The position numbers were made by a program, and so were the translations under genes. The notes beneath the pieces are model-generated. The model was not told the DNA's origin, searched no databases, and saw nothing but the letters and a program-made list of their open reading frames with translations. Shown piece by piece: positions 1 to 11,667 of a DNA stretch of 64,000 bases. Each line of letters opens with the position of its first letter. The stretch's first letter is position 1. The stretch is taken from the NCBI RefSeq assembly GCF_054482595.1, contig NZ_CM137008.1; one strand, written 5' to 3'.

Positions 1-126
1 TTGAAGATAAAGGGCGCTTTAAAGAATATGTCCATGATATTCCGGTGTATCTCATCGTCCATGACAATCCGGGGCTTCTCGGTTCCGGTGCACATTTACG
101 CCAGACCTTAGGTCACATTCTGTAAA
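1..126 (+). CDS. glk: Glucokinase, 3' end only (gene starts upstream of window)
   Basis: Frame 3 translates to ...[26 protein letters not shown], recognised as the Glk C-terminus; stop TAA at 124-126; position next to fryB matches K-12 synteny. Confidence 0.8.
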
Positions 127-344
127 TCCTTCCTGTTATATCGGGAGGTAACTCTCCCGATAATCTTTTAAATCATACAGTTAATTCAATTTTTCTTTGT
201 GTCCCCCTCACAAGGCCGACCTGCGTCACACTTCCGTACAGCGGGATTAATTCTCCAGTAAATGCATTATTTGTCTGGTAACGGCGATTTGTTTTGCACG
301 TTCATAATTTCACTCGTCAACTATCACTGAACGAGGAATTAACG

Positions 345-671
345 ATGAGTAAGAAACTAATTGCCTTATGTGCCTGCCCAATGGGCCTGGCTCACACCTT
401 TATGGCCGCTCAGGCGCTGGAAGAAGCAGCGGTAGAAGCCGGTTATGAAGTGAAAATTGAAACCCAGGGCGCGGACGGTATCCAGAATCGCCTGACGGCG
501 CAGGATATCGCCGAAGCGACCATCATCATCCACTCCGTGGCAGTTACCCCGGAAGATAACGAACGTTTCGAATCACGCGACGTTTATGAAATCACTTTGC
601 AGGACGCAATTAAAAACGCTGCGGGCATCATCAAAGAAATCGAAGAGATGATTGCCTCTGAACAACAGTAA
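345..671 (+). CDS. fryB: PTS fructose-like EIIB component
   Basis: ORF 294..671; likely true start at internal MSKKLIALCACPMGLAHTF (Cys phosphorylation motif) preceded by GAGGAA; the 17-codon upstream extension is probably not translated. Confidence 0.85.
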   Translation: MSKKLIALCACPMGLAHTFMAAQALEEAAVEAGYEVKIETQGADGIQNRLTAQDIAEATIIIHSVAVTPEDNERFESRDVYEITLQDAIKNAAGIIKEIEEMIASEQQ

Positions 672-692
672 TATTCGACAGGGATAATTGTT

Positions 693-1940
693 ATGGCCAT
701 TAAAAAACGCAGTGCAACCGTTGTGCCTGGCGCATCCGGTGCGGCAGCGGCAGTTAAGAATCCGCAGGCCTCTAAAAGCAGCTTCTGGGGTGAACTCCCG
801 CAGCATGTGATGTCAGGGATTTCACGCATGGTGCCGACCTTAATTATGGGCGGTGTGATCCTCGCTTTCAGCCAGCTGATTGCTTATAGCTGGCTTAAAA
901 TTCCTGCTGAGATCGGCATCATGGATGCTCTTAATAGCGGGAAATTCTCCGGTTTCGACCTCTCCTTACTGAAATTTGCCTGGTTGTCGCAGTCCTTCGG
1001 CGGCGTGTTGTTTGGTTTTGCCATTCCGATGTTTGCTGCTTTTGTGGCGAACTCTATCGGTGGCAAACTGGCGTTTCCGGCTGGTTTTATCGGCGGCTTG
1101 ATGTCTACCCAGCCGACGCAACTGCTGAACTTCGATCCCAGCACTATGCAATGGGCGACCTCTTCGCCGGTGCCGTCCACCTTTATTGGTGCGCTGATTA
1201 TTTCTATCGTTGCCGGTTACCTTGTGAAATGGATGAACCAGAAAATCCAGTTACCGGATTTCCTGTTAGCGTTCAAAACCACATTTTTGCTACCGATTCT
1301 TTCCGCTATTTTTGTCATGCTGGCGATGTACTACGTCATCACACCATTTGGTGGCTGGATCAACGGCGGTATCCGTACCGTGCTGACTGCCGCAGGTGAG
1401 AAGGGCGCGCTGATGTACGCAATGGGGATCGCCGCGGCGACAGCAATCGACCTTGGTGGCCCGATCAACAAAGCCGCAGGTTTTGTTGCCTTCAGCTTTA
1501 CCACTGACCACGTATTACCGGTCACCGCACGTTCTATCGCTATCGTTATTCCGCCGATTGGTCTGGGTCTGGCGACCATTATTGACCGTCGTTTAACCGG
1601 CAAACGCCTGTTCAACGCACAACTTTATCCGCAGGGTAAGACCGCGATGTTCCTTGCCTTTATGGGGATTAGTGAGGGTGCAATTCCGTTTGCACTGGAA
1701 AGCCCCATCACCGCCATTCCGTCGTATATGGTTGGCGCGATTGTCGGCTCAACCGCCGCTGTCTGGCTGGGCGCAGTGCAATGGTTCCCGGAATCCGCTA
1801 TCTGGGCATGGCCACTGGTCACTAACCTCGGCGTCTACATGGCGGGGATCGCGCTGGGGGCAGTCATAACTGCGCTGATGGTGGTGTTCCTGCGTCTGAT
1901 GATGTTCCGTAAAGGCAAATTGTTAATCGATAGCCTGTAA
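693..1940 (+). CDS. fryC: PTS fructose-like EIIC permease
   Basis: 415 aa hydrophobic multi-helix ORF, recognised as FryC; follows fryB. Confidence 0.85.
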   Translation: MAIKKRSATVVPGASGAAAAVKNPQASKSSFWGELPQHVMSGISRMVPTLIMGGVILAFSQLIAYSWLKIPAEIGIMDALNSGKFSGFDLSLLKFAWLSQSFGGVLFGFAIPMFAAFVANSIGGKLAFPAGFIGGLMSTQPTQLLNFDPSTMQWATSSPVPSTFIGALIISIVAGYLVKWMNQKIQLPDFLLAFKTTFLLPILSAIFVMLAMYYVITPFGGWINGGIRTVLTAAGEKGALMYAMGIAAATAIDLGGPINKAAGFVAFSFTTDHVLPVTARSIAIVIPPIGLGLATIIDRRLTGKRLFNAQLYPQGKTAMFLAFMGISEGAIPFALESPITAIPSYMVGAIVGSTAAVWLGAVQWFPESAIWAWPLVTNLGVYMAGIALGAVITALMVVFLRLMMFRKGKLLIDSL

Positions 1941-1954
1941 GAAGGAAAATCCAG

Positions 1955-3040
1955 ATGACATTACTCGCTTCGCTGCGCGACTGGCTTAAGGCGCAACAAC
2001 TGGATGCAGTGCTTCTCTCATCACGGCAGAACAAACAGCCGCATCTGGGGATCTCCACCGGATCTGGTTATGTGGTGATTAGCCGAGAAAGTGCGCACAT
2101 TCTGGTGGATTCGCGATATTACGCGGATGTGGAAGCCCGCACGCAAGGCTACCAGCTGCATTTGCTTGACGCGACGCACACGCTTGCAACCATCGCCAGG
2201 CAAATCATTGCCGATGAGCAGTTGCAAACGCTCGGTTTTGAAGGCCAGCAGGTGAGTTGGGAAACCGCGCACCGCTGGCAGTCTGAACTCAATGCGAAAC
2301 TGGTTAGCGCCACGCCGGATGTGCTGCGGCAAATCAAAACGCCAGAGGAGGTGGAGAAAATCCGCCTTGCCAGTGGGATTGCCGATCGCGGTGCAGAGCA
2401 TATTCGCCGCTTTATTCAGGCGGGGATGAGCGAGCGCGAGATTGCCGCTGAACTGGAGTGGTTTATGCGCCAGCAGGGCGCAGAAAAAACCTCTTTTGAC
2501 ACCATTGTCGCCAGTGGCTGGCGTGGGGCGCTGCCGCACGGCAAAGCCAGCGACAAGATTGTTGCAGCGGGCGAGTTTGTCACTCTCGATTTCGGTGCGC
2601 TGTATCAGGGCTACTGCTCTGATATGACGCGCACCTTGCTGGTGAATGGCGAAGGGGTGAGCGCCGAATCTCATCCGCTGTTTAACGTCTATCAGATTGT
2701 TTTGCAGGCACAGCTCGCAGCAATCTCTGCAATTCGCCCCGGCGTGCGCTGCCAGCAGGTTGACGACGCCGCGCGTCGGGTGATTACCGAGGCAGGATTT
2801 GGCGACTATTTTGGTCACAACACCGGTCATGCTATTGGCATTGAAGTACACGAAGATCCGCGCTTTTCACCGCGGGATACCACGACGCTACAGCCAGGCA
2901 TGTTACTGACCGTGGAGCCGGGGATTTATTTGCCAGGGCAAGGGGGCGTGCGCATCGAGGATGTTGTGCTGGTCACCCCGCAAGGCGCAGAAGTGCTCTA
3001 CGCCATGCCGAAAACAGTGTTGCTCACGGGAGAGGCATAA
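1955..3040 (+). CDS. ypdF: Xaa-Pro aminopeptidase (M24 family)
   Basis: 361 aa ORF with M24 metal-binding motifs ([20 protein letters not shown]); synteny. Confidence 0.85.
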   Translation: MTLLASLRDWLKAQQLDAVLLSSRQNKQPHLGISTGSGYVVISRESAHILVDSRYYADVEARTQGYQLHLLDATHTLATIARQIIADEQLQTLGFEGQQVSWETAHRWQSELNAKLVSATPDVLRQIKTPEEVEKIRLASGIADRGAEHIRRFIQAGMSEREIAAELEWFMRQQGAEKTSFDTIVASGWRGALPHGKASDKIVAAGEFVTLDFGALYQGYCSDMTRTLLVNGEGVSAESHPLFNVYQIVLQAQLAAISAIRPGVRCQQVDDAARRVITEAGFGDYFGHNTGHAIGIEVHEDPRFSPRDTTTLQPGMLLTVEPGIYLPGQGGVRIEDVVLVTPQGAEVLYAMPKTVLLTGEA

Positions 3041-4077
3041 TGGATTTATCGCTATTAAAAGCGTTGAGCGAGGCAGATGCGATCGCCTCCTCGGAACAGG
3101 AAGTGCGGCAGATCCTGCTGGAAGAAGCGGATCGCCTGCAAAAAGAAGTGCGATTTGATGGTCTGGGATCGGTGCTGATCCGCCTCAATGAATCGACAGG
3201 TCCGAAAGTGATGATCTGTGCGCATATGGACGAAGTTGGATTTATGGTGCGCAGTATCTCCCGCGAAGGGGCGATTGATGTGCTGCCGGTTGGCAATGTA
3301 CGCATGGCTGCCCGCCAGCTGCAGCCGGTGCGCATCACCACCCGTGAAGAGTGCAAAATTCCAGGCCTGCTTGACGGCGACCGGCAGGGGAATGATGTCA
3401 GCGCCATGCGCGTGGATATTGGCGCGCGCTCGTATGACGAAGTGATGCAGGCGGGAATTCGTCCAGGCGATCGCGTCACGTTCGATACCACTTTTCAGGT
3501 TCTCCCTCACCAGCGGGTGATGGGGAAAGCCTTTGATGATCGCCTCGGTTGCTATCTGCTGGTGACGTTACTACGTGAGCTGCACGACGCCGAACTGCCT
3601 GCGGAAGTGTGGCTGGTGGCAAGTTCCAGCGAAGAGGTGGGATTACGCGGCGGGCAAACTGCCACCCGCGCGGTGTCGCCGGACGTCGCCATTGTGCTTG
3701 ATACCGCCTGCTGGGCGAAAAACTTTGATTATGGCGCGGCTAACCATCGCCAGATTGGTAACGGGCCGATGCTGGTGTTAAGCGACAAGTCGCTGATTGC
3801 GCCGCCAAAACTTACCGCCTGGGTCGAAACCGTGGCGGCAGAAATTGGCGTGCCGTTGCAGGCAGATATGTTCAGCAACGGCGGCACGGACGGCGGGGCG
3901 GTGCACTTAACCGGCACCGGCGTGCCCACAGTGGTGATGGGGCCAGCAACCCGCCATGGACATTGCGCCGCATCGATTGCCGATTGCCGCGACATTTTGC
4001 AGATGCAGCAACTTTTATCTGCCCTTATTCAACGTCTTACGCGTGAGACGGTTGTTCAACTGACGGATTTCAGATGA
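3040..4077 (+). CDS. ypdE: M42 family aminopeptidase
   Basis: 345 aa ORF; start overlaps ypdF stop (TAATG), suggesting translational coupling; synteny. Confidence 0.85.
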   Translation: MDLSLLKALSEADAIASSEQEVRQILLEEADRLQKEVRFDGLGSVLIRLNESTGPKVMICAHMDEVGFMVRSISREGAIDVLPVGNVRMAARQLQPVRITTREECKIPGLLDGDRQGNDVSAMRVDIGARSYDEVMQAGIRPGDRVTFDTTFQVLPHQRVMGKAFDDRLGCYLLVTLLRELHDAELPAEVWLVASSSEEVGLRGGQTATRAVSPDVAIVLDTACWAKNFDYGAANHRQIGNGPMLVLSDKSLIAPPKLTAWVETVAAEIGVPLQADMFSNGGTDGGAVHLTGTGVPTVVMGPATRHGHCAASIADCRDILQMQQLLSALIQRLTRETVVQLTDFR

Positions 4078-4101
4078 TCTCCTGATTAACCCGGAGCGGT
4101 T

Positions 4102-6597
4102 ATGCTAACGATTCAATTTCTCTGTCCTTTGCCTAACGGTCTTCATGCCCGTCCGGCGTGGGAACTTAAAGAACAGTGCAGCCAGTGGCAAAGCGAAATC
4201 ACCTTCATCAACCATCGCCAGAACGCAAAGGCCGATGCCAAAAGCTCGCTGGCGCTGATTGGCACCGGCACCTTATTTAATGACAGTTGCAGCCTGAACA
4301 TTAGCGGCAGCGATGAAGAGCAGGCGCGGCGCGTGCTGGAAGAGTACATCCAGGTGTGCTTTATTGACAGCGACAGCGTTCAGCCAACGCAGGCAGAACT
4401 GACGGCGCATCCGCTGCCGCGTTCATTAAGCCGCCTTAACCCGGATTTACTGTACGGCAATGTGCTGGCAAGCGGCGTCGGCGTGGGTACGCTGACCCTG
4501 TTACAAAGCGACAGCCTCGACAGTTATCGGGCAATCCCCGCCAGTGCGCAAGACTCCACCCGGCTGGAGCACAGCCTGGCAACGCTTGCCGAGCAACTGA
4601 ACCAGCAATTGCGTGAGCGTGACGGCGAAAGCAAAACTATCCTCAGCGCCCATTTGTCGCTGATTCAGGATGATGAGTTCGCGGGCAATATCCGTCGCCT
4701 GATGACAGAACAGCATCAGGGGCTGGGGGCGGCGATCATCAGCAATATGGAGCAGGTTTGCGCCAAACTTTCTGCTTCTGCCAGCGATTATCTGCGCGAA
4801 CGTGTTAGCGACATTCGCGATATTAGCGAACAGTTGCTGCATATTACCTGGCCGGAACTGAAGCCGCGCAACAATCTGGTGCTGGAAAAACCGACTATTC
4901 TGGTGGCCGAGGATTTAGCCCCAAGCCAGTTTTTAAGCCTGGATTTAAAAAATCTTGCGGGCATGATTCTGGAGAAAACCGGGCGCACCTCGCATACCCT
5001 GATTCTGGCCCGCGCCTCGGCGATCCCGGTACTGAGCGGCCTGCCGCTGGATGCGATTGCCCGTTATGCCGGGCAACCTGCAGTGCTTGACGCCCAGTGC
5101 GGCGTGCTGGCGATTAACCCGAATGACGCGGTGAGCGGTTATTATCAGGTCGCGCAGACGCTGGCGGATAAACGCCAAAAACAACAGGCGCAGGCTGCCG
5201 CGCAGCTGGCTTATTCCCGTGATAACAAGCGTATTGATATCGCGGCGAATATTGGCACCGCTCTGGAAGCGCCTGGCGCGTTTGCCAACGGCGCGGAAGG
5301 CGTCGGGCTGTTCCGTACCGAAATGCTCTATATGGATCGCGACAGCGCGCCGGACGAGCAGGAGCAATTTGAAGCCTACCAGCAGGTGCTACTGGCAGCG
5401 GGCGACAAGCCGATTATCTTCCGCACAATGGACATCGGAGGCGATAAAAGCATTCCTTATCTGAATATTCCCCAGGAAGAGAACCCGTTCCTCGGCTATC
5501 GCGCGGTACGTATTTACCCGGAATTTGCTGGCCTGTTCCGCACTCAACTGCGGGCCATTTTGCGCGCAGCCAGTTTCGGCAACGCCCAGTTGATGATCCC
5601 AATGGTCCACAGTCTCGATCAGATCTTATGGGTGAAGGGCGAGATCCAGAAGGCGATCGTTGAGCTTAAGCGCGATGGTTTGCGTCACGCAGAAACGATC
5701 CCTCTGGGGATCATGGTGGAAGTACCGTCGGTGTGCTACATCATCGATCACTTCTGCGATGAGGTCGATTTCTTCAGTATCGGCTCCAACGATATGACCC
5801 AGTATCTGTATGCGGTCGATCGTAATAACCCGCGCGTATCGCCGCTATATAACCCGATTACGCCATCGTTCCTGCGCATGTTGCAGCAAATAGTTACCAC
5901 TGCGCATCAGCGGGGCAAATGGGTAGGCATTTGCGGTGAACTGGGCGGTGAAAGCCGTTATCTGTCGCTACTGCTTGGGCTGGGCCTGGATGAGCTGAGT
6001 ATGAGTAGCCCGCGCATTCCGGCGGTGAAAAGCCAGCTTCGTCAACTGGATAGCGAGGCGTGTCGGGAACTGGCACGTCAGGCGTGTGAATGTCGCAGCG
6101 CGCAGGAAATTGAAGCGTTACTCACCGCCTTTACGCCGGAAGAAGACGTTCGCCCACTGCTGGCGCTGGAGAATATCTTCGTTGATCAGGCCTTTAGCAA
6201 TAAAGAGCAGGCGATCCAGTTCCTGTGCGGTAACCTCGGCGTTAACGGGCGCACTGAACATCCGTTCGAGCTGGAAGAGGATGTCTGGCAGCGGGAAGAG
6301 ATTGTCACCACTGGCGTTGGTTTTGGCGTGGCGATCCCGCACACCAAATCTCAGTGGATCCGTCATTCCAGTATCAGCATTGCCCGGCTGGCGAAACCGG
6401 TTGACTGGCAGTCAGAAATGGGCGAAGTCGAACTGGTGATCATGCTGACGCTGGGTGCTAACGAAGGGATGAATCATGTGAAAGTCTTCTCGCAGCTGGC
6501 GCGTAAACTGGTGAATAAAAACTTCCGCCAGTCGTTGTTTGCCGCGCAAGATGCACAAAGTATCCTGACGCTGCTGGAAACAGAATTAACCTTCTGA
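4102..6597 (+). CDS. fryA: PTS multiphosphoryl transfer protein (HPr-like, enzyme I-like and EIIA-like domains)
   Basis: 831 aa ORF with N-terminal HPr-like region, PEP-utilising enzyme I core and C-terminal EIIA-fructose-like domain. Confidence 0.85.
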   Translation: MLTIQFLCPLPNGLHARPAWELKEQCSQWQSEITFINHRQNAKADAKSSLALIGTGTLFNDSCSLNISGSDEEQARRVLEEYIQVCFIDSDSVQPTQAELTAHPLPRSLSRLNPDLLYGNVLASGVGVGTLTLLQSDSLDSYRAIPASAQDSTRLEHSLATLAEQLNQQLRERDGESKTILSAHLSLIQDDEFAGNIRRLMTEQHQGLGAAIISNMEQVCAKLSASASDYLRERVSDIRDISEQLLHITWPELKPRNNLVLEKPTILVAEDLAPSQFLSLDLKNLAGMILEKTGRTSHTLILARASAIPVLSGLPLDAIARYAGQPAVLDAQCGVLAINPNDAVSGYYQVAQTLADKRQKQQAQAAAQLAYSRDNKRIDIAANIGTALEAPGAFANGAEGVGLFRTEMLYMDRDSAPDEQEQFEAYQQVLLAAGDKPIIFRTMDIGGDKSIPYLNIPQEENPFLGYRAVRIYPEFAGLFRTQLRAILRAASFGNAQLMIPMVHSLDQILWVKGEIQKAIVELKRDGLRHAETIPLGIMVEVPSVCYIIDHFCDEVDFFSIGSNDMTQYLYAVDRNNPRVSPLYNPITPSFLRMLQQIVTTAHQRGKWVGICGELGGESRYLSLLLGLGLDELSMSSPRIPAVKSQLRQLDSEACRELARQACECRSAQEIEALLTAFTPEEDVRPLLALENIFVDQAFSNKEQAIQFLCGNLGVNGRTEHPFELEEDVWQREEIVTTGVGFGVAIPHTKSQWIRHSSISIARLAKPVDWQSEMGEVELVIMLTLGANEGMNHVKVFSQLARKLVNKNFRQSLFAAQDAQSILTLLETELTF

Positions 6598-6599
6598 CG

Positions 6600-7457
6600 T
6601 TAGCCCTGAAAACGGGCGCTGTACTCTCCCGGCGTCAGACCAAACTGACGCCGGAAAACGCGACAAAAATAGTCGCTATCCGGAAAACCGCAACGCTGTG
6701 CCACTTCATGAATTGACAGATGATATTTCTGCAAAATCATCCTCGCCTTCGCCATTCGCACCCAACGCACATATTCGATAAAACGCATTGTTCCATGCTG
6801 AGCAAACAGTTTTGACAGATGATTGGGCGTGATATTAAAAAACTGTGCCACGCTCTCGCGGGTGAGCTGCTGGGCATAATTATCCTGAACCCAGTTACAA
6901 ATGCTGTGATAGAGAAAATCGCCGCGCGGCTGCGAATTGCCCGGTGGCATATTCACCACGTTGCGGCAAAGATGCAGCAAACTTAACACCAGTGGCTGAA
7001 TGATATTCTGCTCCAGCGGCGAACGGCTAAGATGGGTGAGGGCGGTAAGTATCGCTTCACCTTCACCGCGTTGCAGGCTGGGAAGCTGGATCTGGCGAGC
7101 AGGATGCAACAACGACGTGGTGCGGCTATCGTAAAACGATAACCCAAGCCAGGTCGGTGCGAACACCAGACTTAACAGCATCACCGGTTTGTTGTTGATC
7201 GGTAAATTAGCCGCGCGCGCCGGAATAAACAGCATTTCTCCTTCCACCAAACGTTGCTGCTTTGCTTCCAGCAGATTGCCGTATTCGCCGCGCAGCACGA
7301 TATCCAGACGGGGAAAATCAATACATAAACTGCCCACCGGCAACGAGGCAGGCTGGCTGGCAAACCAGACGCGCCCCAGTAGTTGCGGGTTAAGCACCAG
7401 GCCGCTGAACAGATCGGCGAAAAATTGTTGATCGGCGGGCAAGCCTGGTGCTTTCAT
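6600..7457 (-). CDS. ypdC: AraC-family transcriptional regulator
   Basis: 285 aa ORF with C-terminal AraC-type HTH (YFCRVFRRQFGLTPGEY); convergent with fryA. Confidence 0.8.
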   Translation of the reverse strand: MKAPGLPADQQFFADLFSGLVLNPQLLGRVWFASQPASLPVGSLCIDFPRLDIVLRGEYGNLLEAKQQRLVEGEMLFIPARAANLPINNKPVMLLSLVFAPTWLGLSFYDSRTTSLLHPARQIQLPSLQRGEGEAILTALTHLSRSPLEQNIIQPLVLSLLHLCRNVVNMPPGNSQPRGDFLYHSICNWVQDNYAQQLTRESVAQFFNITPNHLSKLFAQHGTMRFIEYVRWVRMAKARMILQKYHLSIHEVAQRCGFPDSDYFCRVFRRQFGLTPGEYSARFQG

Positions 7458-7469
7458 GAAAGTTCCCGA

Positions 7470-8204
7470 TTAAAGATGCATTAACTGGCGAAATTCTTTT
7501 ACTTTGCTGCGGCTGACTGGCACTTCAAAATCCAGATCTTTCAGCCGCAGAATATAGGTGTTATTAAACCACGGTTCGATTTCGCGGATTTTGTTCAGAT
7601 TGACACAAAATGAGCGATGGCAGCGGAAAAAATGCGACGGCGGCAGTTTGCTGCAAAATTCGGTAATGTTCATCGGCATTACGTAGGATTCACGCCGCGT
7701 ATAGACAAAGGTCATTTTCTCGTGCGCTTCGGCGTAATAGATATCGTTAATTGGCGTGACGATTATTCGCTCATCTTTCACCAGATTAATGGTGTCATTC
7801 TCACGCGTTACCGTCGCGGCAGGCGTGCTGCTGGTCTGCTGTTGTTGCCAGGCCGCTTCCAGTTTTTGCAGCATCCCGGTAATGCGTGACTCCTGATACG
7901 GTTTGAGAATGTAGTCAAACGCCTCCAGTTCAAACGCTTCTACCGCATGTTCTTTCCACGCGGTGATGAACACAATAAACGGTTTATGGGCGAACTGGCT
8001 GATGTTTTGCGCCAGCAACACACCATCCAGCGACGGAATATTGATATCCAGAAAAATGGCGTCGACGCGGTTATGCTGCAAAAACTTCAACACGTCCAGA
8101 CCGTCGTCAAAGGTGCCGACAATCTCCATCTGGCTGTGCTCTTTAATTAGCCAGCTCAGTTCCTGTTGTGCCAGGAATTCGTCTTCAACAATGATGACTT
8201 TCAC
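7470..8204 (-). CDS. ypdB: LytTR-family response regulator of the YpdA/YpdB two-component system
   Basis: Receiver domain plus LytTR DNA-binding domain; ORF extends to 8222 but a GTG start (VKVIIVEDE) at 8204 gives the expected length and avoids overlap with ypdA. Confidence 0.8.
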   Translation of the reverse strand: MKVIIVEDEFLAQQELSWLIKEHSQMEIVGTFDDGLDVLKFLQHNRVDAIFLDINIPSLDGVLLAQNISQFAHKPFIVFITAWKEHAVEAFELEAFDYILKPYQESRITGMLQKLEAAWQQQQTSSTPAATVTRENDTINLVKDERIIVTPINDIYYAEAHEKMTFVYTRRESYVMPMNITEFCSKLPPSHFFRCHRSFCVNLNKIREIEPWFNNTYILRLKDLDFEVPVSRSKVKEFRQLMHL

Positions 8205-8218
8205 AATATCACTCCGGC

Positions 8219-9916
8219 TCAAAGCAATAACGTAGCCTGTGAGGCGACTGGGGTGCGTTGGTTAGGAATGTAAAACGCAATTTCCGTTCCTGGTTCCAGG
8301 CGGCGGATATGCAGCCCCTCGCCATACAATAACTTCACGCGATGATGGACATTCAGCAGGCCAATTTTATTGCCCGGCATTTCATTCGCTTCGACCCGCT
8401 CAATCACCTTTGGATCGATGCCGTGCCCGGTATCCCGCACGGCAATGCGTACCCGATTGCCGCACTCTGCAACGCTGATGGTGACAACGCCTTTACCTTT
8501 GCAAGGCTGGATACCGTGGACAATGGCATTCTCCACCAACGGCTGGATCAGCAGGCTGGGAATGCAGCAATTCACCTCTTCATCAATATCATAGATAACC
8601 GTCAGCTTGTCGCCAAAGCGGGCCTGCTCAATGGCAATATAGTCTTTAATTTGATACAGCTCTTTTTTGATATCGATTTGCTCATCGTCTTTTAATTCAA
8701 TGTTATAGCGCAGATAACGCGACAGATTAAAGATCAGCTGGCGAGCAGTATCCGGATTCAGACGGATTGACGATGAAATAGCGTTCAAAGCGTTAAACAG
8801 GAAATGGGGATTAATTTTGCTTTGCAGGGCGCGAAGCTCTGCCTTATTTGCCATTTCACGTAGCTGCTCGGCGCGTGAAACCTCCAGTTGCGTGGAGATG
8901 ATTTGCGACAGACCAACCGCCATTTCCTGTAATGACGAGGTTATCTGATGCGCGTGGCAGTAGTAAATTTTCAGCGTTCCGGTCACAACGCCTTTCTCCC
9001 ACAATGGGATCACCAGCATGGAATGAATCTCTGGTGTGCGGTGGGCTTCATCATTGTTTTTAATGATGATTTTTCCGTAATTCATCGCCTGACGGGTAGT
9101 CGGGCTAATGAAGTCATCGCCATTCTGATAGTTATGTTCACCCACGCCAACATAGGCCAGCACATGATCGGTATTGGTAATCGCCACCGCATCGGCGTGA
9201 ATGTCATCGCGAATAATTTCACAAACTTTGCGTAATGACTCGCTATTGACATGGCGAAACAGAGGTAGCGTTTTGTTGGCGATATCCAGCGCCAACTTGG
9301 CCTGCCGCGCGGCGCTGGCCTCTTTTTCGCCCTCAACGCTTTGCACCAGAAGCACAATAAAGCCGATACAGACGCTGCCGAGGATCATTGGAATCCCGAT
9401 TTTAGAGACGATATCGATCCCCAACGCGGTAGTTGGTGCCCAGACAATCACCAGAATCATGGTCAACGTTTCACACAACATGCCGCCGAGAATACCGACG
9501 CGCCAGCGCTGTGCTTTGGGGATTTTCAGGTTGATCCAGCCCGATATACAACCAGCCAGAATGCTGGTGATAAAGCAGGGGATCGCCGTCACGCCACCGA
9601 TATCAATTAAATAACGATGAATACCCGCAATCACGCCGGTAATGATGCCCACCCACGGGCCAAACAGAATCCCGCCGGACATCACCGCGATAATACGTAC
9701 GTTCACCAGCGAGCCTTCTACGGGAACGCCGGACCAGGTGCTGAAGAGGGCGAACAGAGAGAAAATGGCGGTAACGGCGAGCAACTCTTTCGGTGAGTGT
9801 GCCGACTTGTGCAACAGTTCGCGAAACAGGCGGATACGGATGAGAAAGAACAGGCAGATAAGCATTAACGCTGCCCGATCGAAGACCGCCAGCAGCATGT
9901 TGAATATTTCGTGCAC
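8219..9916 (-). CDS. ypdA: Sensor histidine kinase (LytS-like, membrane domain plus GAF and HATPase)
   Basis: 565 aa ORF with N-terminal multi-TM region and C-terminal histidine-kinase ATPase motifs (DTGHGI); immediately upstream of ypdB. Confidence 0.85.
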
Positions 9917-10292
9917 GGGTGACTCTGAATAAGGATTAAACCTCTATGATAGGTAACCTGAAGGCTGATGACCAGCAGGCCGTTTTTGAGGAAAAACCAC
10001 AATTTTAAAAGGGGATTGATAGATAAATGGTGTATTAGCAATGCATCTCTTGATAATGCACTTCTGGTTGGTAAATTTATTGAAATTATTATGTTAATAA
10101 AATGAGTGGTAATTTTCTTGTTAGCGCAGATAATTTTCCTGTTTTTAAAGCAGAGTTCCTCATTTAACGTCATTAATAAAAATGTTCTAAAACGCTGGAC
10201 AGACAGAAATTAATCAGGCTATTTTCAAAACAGCCACCATCGTGGCAGCGTCGCTCGGACGGTCCGGGCGCTAACGTTAATCTGAGGAAATT

Positions 10293-11531
10293 ATGGCTGA
10301 CACTCGCCCTGAACGTCGCTTTACGCGCATTGATCGTCTCCCGCCCTATGTTTTTAACATTACCGCTGAACTGAAAATGGCTGCGCGTCGGCGCGGCGAA
10401 GATATTATCGATTTCAGTATGGGTAACCCGGACGGTGCGACTCCGCCGCATATCGTCGAAAAATTATGTACTGTGGCCCAGCGCCCGGACACGCATGGTT
10501 ACTCCACTTCACGCGGTATTCCGCGGCTACGTCGCGCCATTTCCCGCTGGTATCAGGATCGCTACGACGTTGAAATCGACCCGGAATCAGAAGCCATCGT
10601 CACTATTGGTTCGAAAGAGGGCCTGGCGCATCTGATGCTGGCGACACTGGATCACGGTGACACAGTGCTGGTGCCGAATCCAAGTTACCCCATTCATATT
10701 TACGGCGCGGTGATTGCCGGGGCTCAGGTACGCTCAGTGCCGCTGGTGGAAGGTGTCGATTTCTTCAACGAACTGGAGCGCGCCATTCGTGAAAGTTATC
10801 CGAAACCGAAGATGATGATCCTCGGCTTCCCGTCGAACCCAACCGCGCAATGCGTGGAACTGGAGTTCTTCGAAAAGGTTGTGGCGCTGGCGAAACGCTA
10901 CGATGTGCTGGTGGTCCATGACCTGGCCTATGCCGATATCGTCTACGATGGCTGGAAAGCGCCGTCAATCATGCAGGTGCCGGGTGCACGCGATGTGGCG
11001 GTCGAGTTCTTTACGCTGTCGAAAAGCTACAACATGGCGGGCTGGCGTATCGGCTTTATGGTTGGCAACAAAACGCTGGTCAGCGCCCTGGCACGTATTA
11101 AAAGCTATCACGATTACGGCACCTTTACGCCGTTGCAGGTGGCGGCGATTGCGGCACTCGAGGGCGATCAACAGTGCGTGCGCGACATTGCCGAACAGTA
11201 CAAACGCCGCCGTGATGTATTGGTTAAAGGGCTGCATGAAGCGGGCTGGATGGTCGAAATGCCGAAGGCTTCGATGTATGTCTGGGCGAAAATACCGGAA
11301 CCGTATGCTGCCATGGGCTCGCTGGAATTTGCCAAGAAATTGCTTAACGAAGCGAAGGTCTGTGTCTCTCCGGGGATTGGCTTTGGCGACTATGGTGATA
11401 CGCATGTGCGCTTTGCACTGATTGAAAACCGCGACCGTATTCGTCAGGCGATTCGTGGGATTAAAGCGATGTTCCGTGCCGACGGTTTACTACCCGCCAG
11501 CAGCAAACATATTCACGAAAACGCGGAATAA
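10293..11531 (+). CDS. alaC: Glutamate-pyruvate aminotransferase (class I/II aminotransferase)
   Basis: 412 aa ORF with the PLP-lysine motif region ([12 protein letters not shown]); synteny. Confidence 0.85.
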   Translation: MADTRPERRFTRIDRLPPYVFNITAELKMAARRRGEDIIDFSMGNPDGATPPHIVEKLCTVAQRPDTHGYSTSRGIPRLRRAISRWYQDRYDVEIDPESEAIVTIGSKEGLAHLMLATLDHGDTVLVPNPSYPIHIYGAVIAGAQVRSVPLVEGVDFFNELERAIRESYPKPKMMILGFPSNPTAQCVELEFFEKVVALAKRYDVLVVHDLAYADIVYDGWKAPSIMQVPGARDVAVEFFTLSKSYNMAGWRIGFMVGNKTLVSALARIKSYHDYGTFTPLQVAAIAALEGDQQCVRDIAEQYKRRRDVLVKGLHEAGWMVEMPKASMYVWAKIPEPYAAMGSLEFAKKLLNEAKVCVSPGIGFGDYGDTHVRFALIENRDRIRQAIRGIKAMFRADGLLPASSKHIHENAE

Positions 11532-11551
11532 ACACCGACCTCAGAAATGCA

Positions 11552-11578
11552 AACAGGAGCCTGATGGCTCCTGTTTTT
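11552..11578. terminator. Rho-independent terminator-like hairpin between convergent alaC and ypdK
   Basis: aacaggagcc-tgat-ggctcctgtt stem-loop followed by TTTTT on the plus strand; could serve both convergent genes. Confidence 0.6.
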
Positions 11579-11595
11579 CATTGCACAGTTTGCTT

Positions 11596-11667
11596 TTAGA
11601 TCATCAGGGCAAAAGTACCGGCCCAAACGATGACCATAAAAGAAATGCCCATAAAGAAATATTTCAC
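11596..11667 (-). CDS. ypdK: Small membrane protein YpdK (23 aa)
   Basis: Minus-strand translation gives (V/M)KYFFMGISFMVIVWAGTFALMI*, recognised as YpdK; apparent GTG start; below the ORF-track size cutoff. Confidence 0.6.
   Translation of the reverse strand: MKYFFMGISFMVIVWAGTFALMI

Noticed and set aside
2021-2851. 276-codon minus-strand ORF antisense to ypdF (similar cases at 54328..54942 opposite aroC and 48057..48656 opposite yfcU)
   Set aside because: Each overlaps a well-supported sense gene and has Arg/Ala/Gly-rich, low-complexity composition typical of antisense artefacts.
10879-11421. 180-codon alternate-frame ORF inside alaC
   Set aside because: Same strand, different frame from a clearly recognisable aminotransferase; Arg/Trp/Cys-rich composition is typical of an out-of-frame read.
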